DNA from: Hydrolagus colliei
Taxonomy: Eukaryota
DNA length: 64,000 nt
Assembly (NCBI GenBank): GCA_035084275.1
Contig: CM068750.1
Coordinates: forward strand, 9,920,001 to 9,984,000
Reading direction: 5' to 3'
Below, piece by piece: positions 25,890 to 38,805 of this stretch. The notes beneath the pieces were generated by a model. It saw nothing but the letters and a program-made list of their open reading frames with translations, had not been told where the DNA came from and ran no database searches. The translations under genes and the position numbers were made by a program. Position 1 is the stretch's first letter; every line of letters begins with the position of its first letter.

Positions 25890-26160
25890 GCAAAGGTTTG
25901 GATAAGCTTAGATGCCAGGGAGCGTAAGATGGGTATTGAAGGATACAGCGAAAGAAACTGAGGGAGCAAGAGATGGGAGAATGGTCTCAACATTGTAGAT
26001 AAGGAGGCAATGTTCGGGGTGGGTGGGGAGGGATAGTAGGATTTGGTTGGCTTTGGGGGTTTGTAGAATATCCATGCTGATGGGTTCATTGATATCTGAG
26101 GAATTAGTTGGCTTGATGGGCTGTATAGCTTTTTTGTCCATTCCAGGTTTTATTATGTTC
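25890..26160 (+). mobile_element. Probable old CR1 3' end/UTR
   Basis: 'aagcttagatg...gggtattgaaggatac' (KLD....IEGY-like), ending 'ggcttgatgggctgtatagc...ttattatgttc'. Confidence 0.45.
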
Positions 26161-26227
26161 CAACAATGCTTTTTCTGTTGGTTTCATTCAAGCATTTTTA
26201 AGTTAGTTTAAATAACTAATACATAAT

Positions 26228-26526
26228 GGAGTCCTGTAGCTCAGTAGTTAGAGCACTTGCCTTACAAGCAAGAGACCTGGGTTCAATTCCAGGCAGGGTG
26301 AAACCTTGGGCAAGTTTCCTTACTCCACACACCTAATAGTAAACCCTCAAAAAAAAATTGGTTGTTTCAATCCATGACTGTTTGTGGGACACTGCTGTGA
26401 GCAATTGGCTGCCACGTTTCTCCCACATATATACAGTCAATTCCCTTTACAGTATATTCTGTGAAGCACTTTGAGATGTGTAGAAGACATGAAAAGCGCT
26501 ATATCAGATGCAAGGATTATTATTAT
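26228..26526 (+). mobile_element. Full-length tRNA-derived SINE (subfamily A)
   Basis: A box 'tagctcagtagttagagc', B box 'ggttcaattcc', body and L2-like tail ending (tta)n. Multiple copies occur in the window. Confidence 0.95.
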
Positions 26527-27644
26527 ATAATATCTAATGCAATATCTTACCAAATTCATAATTTACCTTGTGTTAATAATTTCCCATAGTATCAATTAGT
26601 TCATATTGTCTGAAATAAAAAGTTGACTGATTTTAAGTAATGCTGGAATAAAGCACACAGCAAATCTTCTATATGTGATAAATATAGAAAGGTTTTAATT
26701 CTGTCCCCACATCATTTTGAGGCGGGCATTTGGCTGTTTATCTGCTTGCAGATGTGCTGTATTTTCTGAAAATAAACCCTAATGTAATCTAATTTTTTTT
26801 ATATTTTAAATTCACGTCTATACTGTTTCTTTGCCCATTTTCTTTTCAAACTACATTAACCACTTTAAATGGCATGCCTTTCTGGCTGCCATCCAATTCA
26901 TTAATGCATCATTAGAACTGTGCTTATTAGATAACATATTTGCTAATTAATTATACATTTATTAAATTAATAACAAACCTACTCTCCTTTTCGTTCTATT
27001 CCCCCACCCTCCCCCACCCCCCACTACTTTTGGGTCCATTCAGGAGTGAATTTTGCCATGTGTACCGTTGGTAACCTTGAAACCACAAAGGGAGGTTAAT
27101 GGCAACATCTGTTCTAATGCCATCTTTGATGATGAATTGCACATTAGCTGAGGATTGCCTCATTTCAAATCAGAAAAATGAGGCACCTGTGAAAGGCATT
27201 GACCACGGTTTTATAAATTTTAGATACATTTTGTACCAAACACTGGCATCGCAAATAGTAAATGATAGATTGCTTCTTGGGCCAGAAAGCAGCGAACCCA
27301 GTACATCTGAGCCATAGCTTTAATGAGATCTGGACAAGATCAAGGGGACACAGACTCAAACTCAGATGAGAGAAGGTGAATAGACAGTACGTTTCAGATT
27401 TAATTATTTTACACGGAACACAGTGTATATGTGGAATGGACCACCCGGGGAGGTGGCATAAGGCAGATTGTGTTGTCAAATTCAAGACAAAATAGATAGC
27501 TATTTGGCGAAGAATTCGATTGAGGCGTATCAGTGGGCTTGTTTTGTTTGACTATTTTGGGACTGACCAAATGGATGGCAATGACACACAAAACTCTGAA
27601 AATGGAAAGCGTGGGGAAATACATTGTTTAGCAAGAGAAGACAT

Positions 27645-27931
27645 TGGATGGAGCAGTGGGTTAGCATACTGGTAATTCATATGTTGGACCTTGGGTTCAA
27701 TCCAGCCACTGTTGGTATAAAAGTCTTCTCTTTCTATCAGCAATAGCTGTTTGGAAATCATCAATTTAGCCCCTAATATTAATATGCATCTTTGTACACC
27801 AGAACAAAATAATTTATGCTGATATTAGATGACCAAATAAAGAAACATATTCATTTGCTTCCTCTACAGTATGCTTGGGACATCTTCATGACGTGAAAGG
27901 GGATATACAAGTGTAATATTTTCTTGCTGTT
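27645..27931 (+). mobile_element. Ancient LF-SINE-like element with type II tail
   Basis: 'cagtgggttagcatact...gaccttgggttcaatccagccac...aaagtcttctct', ending 'ttgggacatcttcatgacgtgaaaggggatatacaagtgtaa'. Confidence 0.55.
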
Positions 27932-29711
27932 ATAGACGGCAGCTTATGTAATGCAACCAGAATGGCACAAAACCTTGTTCTTCTAAAGGGTTAATGCTGC
28001 TCTACAAAATGGAGTAGAAAAACAGCAATACAGTAACTAAGTTCACCTGAGCCTCATCTTGTACTCATGCCAGATAATAATAACATTTGGAGCCACTGTG
28101 TACATAACTGATGAAACATTTTAATTTTAAATTCAAATTGAAGTAGCAAACTGCCTCTTGTTTTCAGCTGATATCCTCAGGATCTGGAAAGTCTAATGTT
28201 CATTATATTTGCATGAGGAGTGGGTATGGCAATGTGGCTATTCCTCCCTTCACCACTTCCACCTCGCACCCCATCCTTTCTGAAGCAATCATGAGAATTC
28301 TTCCAAAAAGGTCCCCCAAAAATAAGCTGTTCAAGATCTTTACAGAAATTATTGATCCTGTCATGCAAGGGTAATAGAAAAGATACATGAACTGGGAGAA
28401 TAAGGGATTATCTGGCTCATTGTGGAAATGTGATAAAACCCAGAAACACGGTGCTATCAACAGTGGATCATGTTAACGTGGCCAATGTTGGCTTCCAAGG
28501 GATTTTATTTATATTTAATACAGTAGTTATCGTGAATGCATTTCTTGATGCTTGTAACAACTTACATCACCGAGCCAAATGACTTGGAATATTTACTGAA
28601 CTTTCTTGACAAGCGTATAATTATACTACTTGAGCATGTTTACTTGAGTATTGAGTTCTGTTTGTGGCTCCAAGCCATGCATGTAGTGAAAGTTGACTTT
28701 TCATTGTGTCACTTGATGTCATGTACAGCTGGAACTCATAACTTTGAATAGTGCATCAAGCATTTTCTCATTGAAAAGAAGGTGGTTTGGTAATTTAGCA
28801 TGAAGGTCTGAGATGGTTGTATAAACTATTAAACCCCTGGGCAAATGTAGAGTATTAACAACTGTGAGCTCCACCACAATACCACTATTTAATTACCAGT
28901 GAAAAGTCTGGTTTGTTGTTCATACAGCCCCAGTGCAATCTTTCAGCAATCTGCTGCTTACACCAAAACTCTTATAGAACGTCTTGATATTAAGAAAGGA
29001 GTAATTGACTTGCATTAGAATAAATTTGCTGTTATATTATTGTACAATAGGATACCTTTGAATAATAGCATTGAAGATTTTTTTGTCATAAACAGTTAAG
29101 CTTTATTCAAATTCCATAATTAATGAACGTACTAAAATCAACTGGATATAGCTTTCAAAAGTTATTGAAGCAGCATTTAAAGTTTTATTTGTAGAATGAT
29201 TAAATTCACCAATAGCTGACAAGTTTATGAGGTAACAAATAGCTCCAAACACAGGGCAAATTATGAATTCATTGATTGAGACATTTTTGAAGGTGTAGGA
29301 GATATCTTTGCCGCATAACTTTGGCAGCTTCAACTTTGTGAGGATTGTGTACGTCAAAAATGAATTACAGAATAGTCTAATTGATGGATACTAATGATGC
29401 CATCAACGTGGGTTAAGCTTTGAGACCTAACTGGTGCTTTGAGGTAGTCATTTTTTGTGTTGAATTTTATTAAATCTTTTTACAAGCGTTAGAAATAAAC
29501 AGCAACAATACATACTTTGACATATCTAAACCAAATTCACCTGAGAACACTTATGTTCTTGGTATTACCTTGCTTCAAACCTTCCATTTTATGGGTACTG
29601 ATGGAATTTTTATTTCAAGCTATGACCTTGGTTTCCAGAGCTCCTGTTCTGCCTCATCCTGTTCTGTATGCTGTGAATAACTTTTATTCAGTTAATTATC
29701 TTTCCTTTTTC

Positions 29712-29826
29712 CCCCACCTCCTGTATGGGATCTTTAACATCGAACTGAACAGGCAGACAGTTTCTCCAGTTTAACATCTCAATCGAAGAACAACATCTCC
29801 AACAATACCTCACGTACTGCATTGGA
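29712..29826 (-). mobile_element. Deu-domain SINE fragment
   Basis: 'atgggatctttaacatc...caggcagacag...gtttaacatctcaatcgaagaacaacatctccaacaat...tactgcattgga' is an antisense Deu core. Confidence 0.7.
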
Positions 29827-30218
29827 ATATAGGGGAGTAGAAGAAAACGTTTCTATGAGATTTTAAAATCAAAATTATGGTTGATTCTATTAAAATGCAT
29901 GCTGTCTCTTTAAAGCCTGTTTTCTTTTCCTTTGTGAATTTATCAGTTTGAAACTGCAACCTTGGTATTCTGTCATGATCCAACAAAATCTCCAATAGCA
30001 AGATTATCTTCAGCAAGATGCAGCTGCCAGGGATGAAAAATAGACAAATTAGTAAGAATGGAGCTCAGAGTTCAAGTATCTCATTGTTGCATGAGCTTCT
30101 TGATCTAAGGGAGGAGCATGAAGGATCAGCAGAAACTCAGTCATATATCCAACAAACGCCTCGACCCTGGTAGAATATTTCTATAATGCTGAGCTACTGT
30201 TGAAAATGAGCTTGAGTG

Positions 30219-30660
30219 TAATCCTTGTATTTGATGTAGCAGCTCATCGTGTTACTGTCTCAAAGCACTTTGCAGGATTTTACTCTAAATTGCGCTAACT
30301 GTATTTGGAGGCAAATGTCGCAGCCAAATGTGGCAGCCAATTTGAACAACCAATATCCCTACAAACAGACATAAACAGTCAACCACCAATTTTACCCTTA
30401 TGATTGTTGGGTCGTATTCCAGGAGAAACTCCCTTTTCTTTATGAAGAGTGATGTGAAATCCTGAACAGCCATGCAAGAACTGAGTTTAACATTTCATCC
30501 CAAGGACAGCATTTCTGACAGTGTAGCATTCTCCCAAGCACTGCATTGGAGCATCAGCCAACACTGAGTGCAGAGTCCTGATACGTGGCTTGAAATCTTA
30601 TGTCCAACAAAGCGCTCATTGCACGCAAAGACAAGAGAGCTACCAATTCAGCCAAGCTAA
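30219..30660 (-). mobile_element. Near full-length Deu-domain SINE (SacSINE1-like)
   Basis: Antisense tail 'taatccttgtatttgat', Deu core 'gtttaacatttcatcccaaggacagcatttctgacagtgtagcattc' and tRNA head 'ggcttgaaatc...gctaccaattcagcca'. Confidence 0.8.
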
Positions 30661-31264
30661 TACCTAGTTTTGCATTGTGTACATACAGAAGATCTATTTC
30701 ACCTTTCTGCTGGCAGCTGATTGACTACCATGCTATTTTGGGAGGTCCAAAGAGTATAATAATGTGTCTGTATTAACATAACCTATGTATTTGGAAAAGG
30801 CAAAAGCTGATCTTACATTGGTGAATCAACGTCAATCACTTTAATGGAAATGTGCAGTGGATTAACTGGAGGCCACATACCAAGAATAATTAGCAACACA
30901 TTATTTGACAGAATATTTGAGCTATATTTTCTGCAGTTACATAGGAGCCCACTTAATTACTCCCAGAGACAGTGTATTTGTGACCGGAGGAGCATACCCT
31001 GCAAAGGAGAAGTATTATAAATCCTGTGGAATCAGCCTAGAAACAGCTGAAGTCATCCACCTGAACAGAAAAGGCATTGTTGCTGGTCCATTAGGCCTCT
31101 CACTGAGTACATATCAACTGGCCCTTGTGATGCCAGAGGAGTGTTTTATTGGACATATGCCAGTGCTCACAGGCAGAAATGGCACCATTCAGGAAGGAAG
31201 GTAACTCTACAGGTAGCAAATCTTCAGATGCTTAGCAGAGGCCAAACATTTGAACAGCCCCAAT

Positions 31265-31420
31265 GGGTGTAGTTTACGGAGTGAAAGCTCACTGGTTTGA
31301 ATCCCAGTTTGTGCTGATCGCAACTGGGGCTTTAGAGGACGGCTAAATTGGCAGTCGCCTTCCCAGGATTAGGGAGGGACACCCAGCCAGGGTTCCTGGT
31401 TGTGGTCCCTCTCCTGGGTG
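31265..31420 (+). mobile_element. Ancient tRNA-SINE relic (probably the same family as 44350-44612)
   Basis: 'ggtttgaatcccagtttgtgctga...aattggc...ccaggattagggaggg...cagccagggttcctg'. Confidence 0.5.
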
Positions 31421-31864
31421 TAGCGAAATGCTTCCCTACTTTAGATGTAAAACTCAAATGTCAGGAGCAATCAATGCCTCATGTATACCTGTATGAAATC
31501 ACTATGCTGTGTATATAATTTAGAACTAGTGGATAGATGAAGATCTTATTTAGAACACTGTGGAAACATTATGTTTGCCCACCACACATGAGCAGGAGCA
31601 ATTGACTTCCAATTTGCGTCCCTTCATTTTCGTGCAACCTGTGTAATCACCCTTCTCCTGCACTTCAGTGAAGATAAGTTGAAGTTAAAATGTTTAAAGC
31701 GTTGGAAAATAGCATGAAAGTATCAAACTTAACTGGTTCATGGAACATAGTGGTTAAGCAAAAGGAGAAAATGAATTTTAACAGGCTTTGTACAACATTT
31801 GAACTTTTTTGTTGGCCAGTGGACCTTTGCAATGTATTGTCAGTATCCCAAACAAAACACTGCT

Positions 31865-32430
31865 ACTTTTTACCGTGACCTGCTCCTGATTTTTGTTCCT
31901 GTGCCAGTCCATCCCACTTACAGCTTGTATCAGAGTCACCCCCTCTTCTGGCCTTTAGCTCAGCAGCTTGCTTACCATTGGCTGTATTTGCATTGCAGCT
32001 ATGTGCATTGCCTATGTTTTGCCTCTGTTCTCCACATCGTAGTTGACAGCGGCATTCCATTTGTCAGCTCATGTACTGTCTTTTTAATGATAAGGTCCTG
32101 CCATTTGATGCCGAAGGTCTTTCCCAAGTACTTAGTATCAAAACTGTCAATGGGCTTTAATATTTTATCTTTTCCCATTCTGGCTACATGGCCGGCCCAT
32201 TTATGTGTCTGTGCCACACTACAGTTGAAAGTGTGATTCTTTCGTCCAACTCCTGCACCATCTCATTAGAGATGAGGTCCTGCCACTTGGTGCTGAAGAT
32301 GCTTCTCAAGCACTTAATATCAAAACTGTCTATCTTCTTTAATATTTCAGTCATGGTCCAGCTTTCTGCTCCATGCATTGCTGCAAACTGAACTGTAGTC
32401 ATGTAAAATGATGACTTGTTGCATTCCACA
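31865..32430 (-). mobile_element. RTE-clade LINE C-terminal fragment with an internal ~182-bp duplication
   Basis: ORFs give 'HGAESWTM...IDSFDIKCLRSIFSTKWQDLISNE.V' and 'KWAGHVARM', the RTE motifs 'YG.E.W...F...CLR.I..I.WQD.I.N' and 'W.GHV.RM'. Confidence 0.85.
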
Positions 32431-32457
32431 ATGAGAATGAATGAGAATATTCATATA

Positions 32458-32760
32458 TTAATAATAATCCTTGCATTTCATATAGCACTTTTCATGTCTT
32501 CTAGACATCTCAAACCGCTTCACAGAATATACTGTAAAGTCAATTGACTGTATATTTGTGGGTGAAATGTAGCAGCCAATTGCGCACAGCAGTGCCCCAC
32601 TAAGTTGTGGATTGAAATGACCAATACATTATTTGTTTTGAAGTATTATTATCAGGCGTGTGGAGTAAGGAAACTTGCCCACGGTTTTGCCCTGCATGGA
32701 ATCAAACCCAGGTCTCTCGATTGTCAGGCAAGTGCTCTAACCACCTAGCTACAGGATTCC
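32458..32760 (-). mobile_element. Full-length tRNA-derived SINE (subfamily A)
   Basis: The reverse complement aligns end-to-end with 26228-26526, from the head 'ggaatcctgtagctaggtggttagagcacttgcc' to the (tta)n tail. Confidence 0.95.
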
Positions 32761-32762
32761 CC

Positions 32763-33095
32763 ATTAGGCTGACCGGCCTGTAGTTCCCGGTTTTATGCTT
32801 CTGCCCCTTTTTCTACAGGGAAGTAACATTTGCAACCCTCTAGCCCTATGGCACCACACAGGTGTCCAAGGAGGATTGAAAGATTGTGGCCAGAGCCTCT
32901 GTTGTTCCACCCTTACTTCTCTCAGTAACCTAGGATGCATCCCGTTCGGACCGGGTGACGTATCTACCTTGAACATCATCAACCTTTTAATGACCTGCTC
33001 TCAGTTTATTCTTATCTTATTCATTATTTCTACCCTCTCCTCCAATACTGTGGCATTGGCTGCATCCTCTTCTTTTGAGAAAATAGATAAATATC
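32763..33095 (-). mobile_element. CR1 LINE ORF2 internal fragment (start of RT domain)
   Basis: 'KVDTSPGPNGMHPRLLREVRVE', then after a frameshift 'ANVTSL.KKG..KPGNYRPVSL'. These are canonical CR1 motifs. Confidence 0.9.
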
Positions 33096-36000
33096 TCAAC
33101 CACTTGTGCACTGAGTGATTTTGAAGAACATCAACTCTTCAATCCATGTCTCACAAAGAGACTGTTGAAAACTCAAAGCTGGGAAAGTAATAAATACTCT
33201 GTCCATATCTTGACTTTTAAATGTAATAAAATAGTTCAGCTTCTTTGTAGTTAATAGTTGAATTCATTTCAAATTCTTCATTCCATTTGAGCAGCTACAT
33301 TTCATTTGAATAACTGAAGAAATGTTTTGTTCCATGCTTCTTTTAATAAACATTATATTTATGCCAAACCTATGCCAACATTTACATTTGTGGACCGGGT
33401 GCTCAATTGACATTTGGAGGCGTAAAACCTATACAGAGGCCAGTTGTGTTACTCATTTGGCTCTTAAAATAAAGTATGTTTATGTAGATGGAAGTAATTG
33501 GGGCAACAAGGAAACTAAAGTTATTTCTGTTTCTTGTTTAGTCATCCAATAGTGGATACTTTCTTCCTTGACCTCTCTGAGATTTGGAACTATAACTTGC
33601 AGCTATAACTTGAAGAAAGAATAAGGAGAAATGTATTATACGGTACACACAAGGACAGGAGACGGGTGATGTACAACCATTCAGTACAGGTGGGCTTCAG
33701 CAATTAGACAAGTTGCATTTGTTACCCACTCACTGTACACTGAGCAACTTGTTCTTTATTTCTGTTAGATTCTGAAGCAGAATTCAAGAAAATAGACAAA
33801 GCCATGGTATTTCTTATCAGCACTCTTTGAATTACAAACTATAGCCTTGCTAAAGTCGCTTTATTTTTTTTTAAAAAGCCACCGTAATCCTTAAAGGGTT
33901 AGCAGGACCACTCTATGGGATACAGCTGCCTTTTAAGATGCATAAGGAAAGGATTCATATCCTGCAAAGGTGGGGAGACACACACACATGAAAACCTAAA
34001 ATTAATTTAGATAAAACCAATTTAAAATGCATAAGCCTCGACTTTCCGTTGTTTGTAACAGCATTTTGGCCTGCAGTGACCAAGATTTGCATCTTTATCA
34101 TGTGAGTAGGGTAAAATAATTTGTATTTTTTATAACTGGATATCCTCAATACCATACAGTTCAGGCCATGCCTTTTGAGAGGACAACCCCAGCAGCATTC
34201 CAGGGTTCTGCTATTCCCATTTGCTATTTTTTCCTAATTACTTACTGTACCATTTTTAAAATGTATGTGTACAGATGAGGTATAATAATACAAGCAAGAT
34301 CTTTGTTGGTTTAATTTTTTTCCTGGGATACAGAGGGTGTGATAGGAAGCAGGGGAATCAAGAACGGAATCAAACTTGACTCTTAACACAAAATATATTA
34401 ACACAAGTGAGAAATTCTGACTTAACATTCACAAGCTCCCTACAGTGATTTCTCCCTTCATACTTGAAAAGGGCTGGTTTCTTTGTGGATCTGTTCTGCC
34501 TGTTCATTACAATATAATTTAAACACTAATCTCTTTTTTTCCAGGGTGTGTTGCAGGACTGTATGCAAATTTCCCTCGGTTGTAAATTGAGCTTAATTGC
34601 AGCTGACTTAGCACCCATTAAAACACCTACTGTCACCAAGGCTAAAATTGGGCCAGTGGTGTAAAATAGAATATGCAGTATAATAGATATGTTCAAATGT
34701 AACTTATTGAAGGCTTTACTTTTTGAATGGCTTAATAATGCTGGGAATTCATCTCGAGTTCATAAGCTCATATAAGTCCATTAATGGCTTCCAATATAGA
34801 ATTATTTAGTGTGCATAAATTGTCTGCAATCATTGTTATTCAAAGTCACAACCGCCCTAACCATTTATTCAGAAATGTCTTTCTTTGAATAAAGGCAAGC
34901 ACTAGATCACCAAAAAATTCTATCCTTATCAGCCATATTTAATCTATTTATTCTGCAAAGCAATTATTTCATCCGATTGGATTAGTTTTTTTTTGCTTGG
35001 ATGCTTTTAAACTCACCTGCCTTTGCTTAGGTAGCTGCTGAAAAGGGTTAATGCTCCAGGGATTCTTGTGTGCATAATAGCATCTGTATTTTGCCTTTCT
35101 CTGAAGGGTAGCATGCTGCAGTGAAAGCCAACATGTGACTCTGTAAATGGGTTGCAAATGAAACCCAAATTAACTTCATCACCTTGGGGAGATATCAGAG
35201 GGTCTTCAGCGTTACATGCTGTACTGACAAGCACCACTTAAGCCAGCCTTTGCTTCCCAAACAAGTATTTAATCTCCTCATTAAAGATATATGAAACTAG
35301 AAATCGATGTGCACATCAACCATTGCATTGCTGGTTAGAACCTCTTTGCCGGTCTGGCTGTTACACATTGTCTAACATTAGAGACTTCATTCAGATGTAG
35401 ATCTGTTACGTGTATCAAAATGCAATGTAAAGCCACAATAAATATTCAGAAGGTGTGCTCAATGGTGTTGTGGCTTCCCAAGACTATATAATACATTTTC
35501 CTGATTCTAAAGTGGTCATATGGACAAAAAATCAAAAGTTCACAATATGTTTTTACACACACAATTAATATTTATGTTAACACAGAATAGCTTACCATAA
35601 TATAGAAACATTACATTTACTGATAAACTGGTAAACTTCACTTCTCCATCACTTGTAGTTCCTACAGCTGAGATGTTAAATGAAATGGGTACCCTGTGTG
35701 AAGCCTCAAATGAACAGTTGCGGACTAACTTTCTGCTGTTCAGCTTTTGTTGTGTTTTTAATTCCTGTGGTTTTTACTTGCATTCTGCCTTGAATTACGT
35801 CAATCTTGTGAGTCAACTGGCATTTTTTTCACCAGCTTTCCTCCTCTGATTAATTCTGTCTAACATGAACACTGCAGACACACTGGATTCCAAGAATACA
35901 ATGATATGCTATCCTAGGTCCCTGCACTGTCTTGATGCATGATCGTGGTGAGTTATTGCCCCAGGCTTCCAGCAACTTCTGAAATAGAGCACAAGCGTGT

Positions 36001-37377
36001 TTACCTTATAGATAGCCTGTAGATTGAAGAAAAGCTGAAAATTCTATGTCTCTGACTTTAATCGATTCTCTCCAGAAGTGGCTTGTCAGGATTTATAAAG
36101 AAGGGCAGTTTTCTGAGTTGCCAAACTCTTTTTCATGGACTGTTATGGGTGGAGGTGGGGGGAGAGAATCAAGATGCAGCTGTGAGCACTGTGAAAGCAA
36201 GCTTTTCAGTGGTGCTATGCATCGCACAGTTGCAAGTTATTAGGCAAGGTGTAGCTGTTTCTTCAAGGAGCACATATAAAGATTGCTCTCCACACCCAAA
36301 TCAAAATCTCTGCATTCTGGAAGTCCAGGGTATCACACTTTCTAAAGATTTCACAAATGAGATGCTGACTCCCCATGCTTTAGATCCTGGAGATACTGTG
36401 TTGAAAATGTGGGGAAGTGGTGGAACTCAGCTTCTATAACTGAGTAATGAATTGGTGAAGCACAGAGCGGTGTGATATACATTCATGCACACAGTGTGTT
36501 CACAGTGTGCTCAGTCTTTCCTTCATTATAGATGCGGGAGCAATTCAGGTGCACTTAACCCTTGCTGGTTTTTCACACCTCCTAGGTGATACTTGCTGAA
36601 AATTATTATTTTGATCTGTGAAAAAGCAAGCCTTCACTATCTTGTGGAGGGCAAGGGAAAGCTTAAATTGTGAGAGCAGATTTATTATGATTAAACTTTG
36701 ATATACTCTAGTTTTATTCCACACACAGATGTTAAGACCGACATCTTAATACATGATAAACACTTTCTTTTACAATGGTGGTAATTCAATACCTTGTTTA
36801 ATCGGCTCTTGGCTCATGCAAGCTCTGAAAGTGGATATGATTACCTTTAAGTAGGATCAATATTACATTTATTGGGGGCTTCGTCACACAGCCAGTAGAG
36901 ACTAATATTACTGCTATTTGAGGAGAATGAGTTCTGGTTTAAGATAAAGCAAATGGTCTTATTTCCAGCAAGAAAGAAAAGCTTTCAAATCTGTCAAAGT
37001 CTGTCCATCATATTGTGTATCCTATCCAAGGAGGTACACATCGTCATCAGGAAGTCACACATGGGAGTCTCAGATCCATTCTATTGGACATCTTTTCAAT
37101 GATTAAACATGAGAATTTTTCTCTGGAGGTCAAAATGTAAAAGAGAAAAAGAACTGCTAGGAGCAAGTCTGCCAGTTGGCTCGGTACAAGGACAACGAAC
37201 AAACATGTCCAGTCACTGGAGACAACATGTATTTGATTCCCAGATGGAAAAGCATTATATTAGCTAACTATGTAACATCCATATTTATGAACTGTCTGCA
37301 GCTCCATTGACAGAAATGATCAGATCATAGCATATGATGGTTTCTTCTTATGGTGGATTTATGATAATAATACTACT

Positions 37378-37472
37378 CATAATAATAAATCCTAGCATTT
37401 CATATGTCCCATTGTTGTGATGCCTCGAGAAGCTTCACAGGATACACTTAAAACGGATTGACCGTGTATTTT
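37378..37472 (-). mobile_element. Diverged SINE 3' tail
   Basis: 'aataaatcctagcatttcatat...gaagcttcacaggatacac...gattgaccgtgtatttt'. Confidence 0.55.
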
Positions 37473-38115
37473 ATATATTGTATATGATGTTAAAACCAAT
37501 TCTAAATGTAGCCTATTTTAACTTTGTATTTCAAGTACACTGGTTCCTCCCCACCAAAACTGGCTTTAATGCAGTTTCTGCTTACGTTGCACAAGAACTA
37601 GTTTTTACAGAGTATAATTTGAATCTTAAACTGTTCTTGTCATTTGACTTTATTTAGTTGCACTCTGCTAATGGGATGATCAGTATTATATAACTTAAAC
37701 TTGTTGTTTTAAGAACAAGATGATGTATTTTGCAAACCACTCAGAACTCAGTTAGATAAGGTCAAATCATCACTAAGTATCTGGGGATTTAAGTAAACCT
37801 AGACCTAACTGAGTTCAACTATTAGAGGGAAAATATGCATACACAGTTAATGGCCTCTTGAACCAAGATTTGCAATATTGACCATTCACTGAAAGTATCT
37901 AGTCGATTTGAAGCTCCTTCAGCATAAACAAGCGTATTCAGTTACTTGGATCTATCATATTTGATTTTTAATTCAAAAATATTTATTTAAGCCTGAAGGT
38001 CAAACTAACATAGTATTTGCAGTTTGATACAATATTGTCTTTTATATGCATTGATGTGTTCTAAAGGATTAAAAATATCTGAATTGATGTTTCTGGAATT
38101 AAAGTCCTAACTTGT

Positions 38116-38431
38116 GGAGTCCTGTAGCTCAGTGGTTAGAGCAGTCGCCTTACAAGGGTGAGACCTGTGTTCGAATCCAGGTGGGTCAGGACGAAACCTT
38201 GGGCAAGTTTCCTTACTCCACACGCCTAATAATAATCCCTCAAAAAAACACAATAATAAAACTGTATTTATTAATGGTCAATAATGCACAATAATGGTCA
38301 TTTCAATCCATGACTATTTTTGGGACACTACTGTACGCAATTGGCTGCCGCATTTCGCCCACAAATGTACAGTCAATTCACTTTACAGTATATTCTGTAA
38401 AGCGCTTTGAGTTGTCTAGAAGATATGAAAG
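38116..38431 (+). mobile_element. tRNA-derived SINE (subfamily B), lacking the terminal (tta)n
   Basis: 'ggagtcctgtagctcagtggttagagc...gttcgaatcc...gtcaggacgaaaccttgggcaagtttccttactccacac...aagcgctttgag'. Confidence 0.95.
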
Positions 38432-38611
38432 AAAAGAGAAATGATTTGAAGGGTTGCAAATTCATGTGTCAAAGAAACTAATTATGGAAGATGATTTGTT
38501 ACTGTATCAGTCTGTTGTAATTCTGTATAATTAGGGAAAATGTTGATTGAGAAAGCTTGTCACTGGTTTTCAAAATGTACAACTAAAAAATGTAAATGTC
38601 ACAAAACATAA

Positions 38612-38805
38612 ATTGTACAACTAGTGGACACTCATACAGCAATAGGAAACCTGAAGTAAGACCAGAGACTGTAAGATTTCCCCATAGAATAGGAAGTATG
38701 AAAAATAGGCTGACTGCTAAAACAGTTAATATTTCATTGATTAAATCTTTTAAGAAGCTAGATCAGTACCTGGTTAGGAATGAGATTGAAGGTTATATGG
38801 ATAAA
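38612..38805 (+). mobile_element. Old CR1 ORF2 C-terminal fragment
   Basis: ORF 38596..38817 'TSGHSY...FPHRIGSMKNRL...IKSFKKLDQYLVRNEIEGY' resembles the CR1 'TRGHS...FSQRV...WN.L...FK..LD.YL...I.GY'. Confidence 0.65.

Noticed and set aside
26228-26300. tRNA gene (TAC-anticodon-like loop 'cttacaa')
   Set aside because: It is the head of a multi-copy SINE that continues into a shared body and tail. The acceptor stem is poor and the 'anticodon' varies between copies.
31799-32236. 145-aa plus-strand ORF
   Set aside because: It is the antisense shadow of the RTE fragment.
33769-33806. Micro-exon candidate (SEAEFKKIDKAM)
   Set aside because: The donor 'gtattt' is weak and no homology is recognised.
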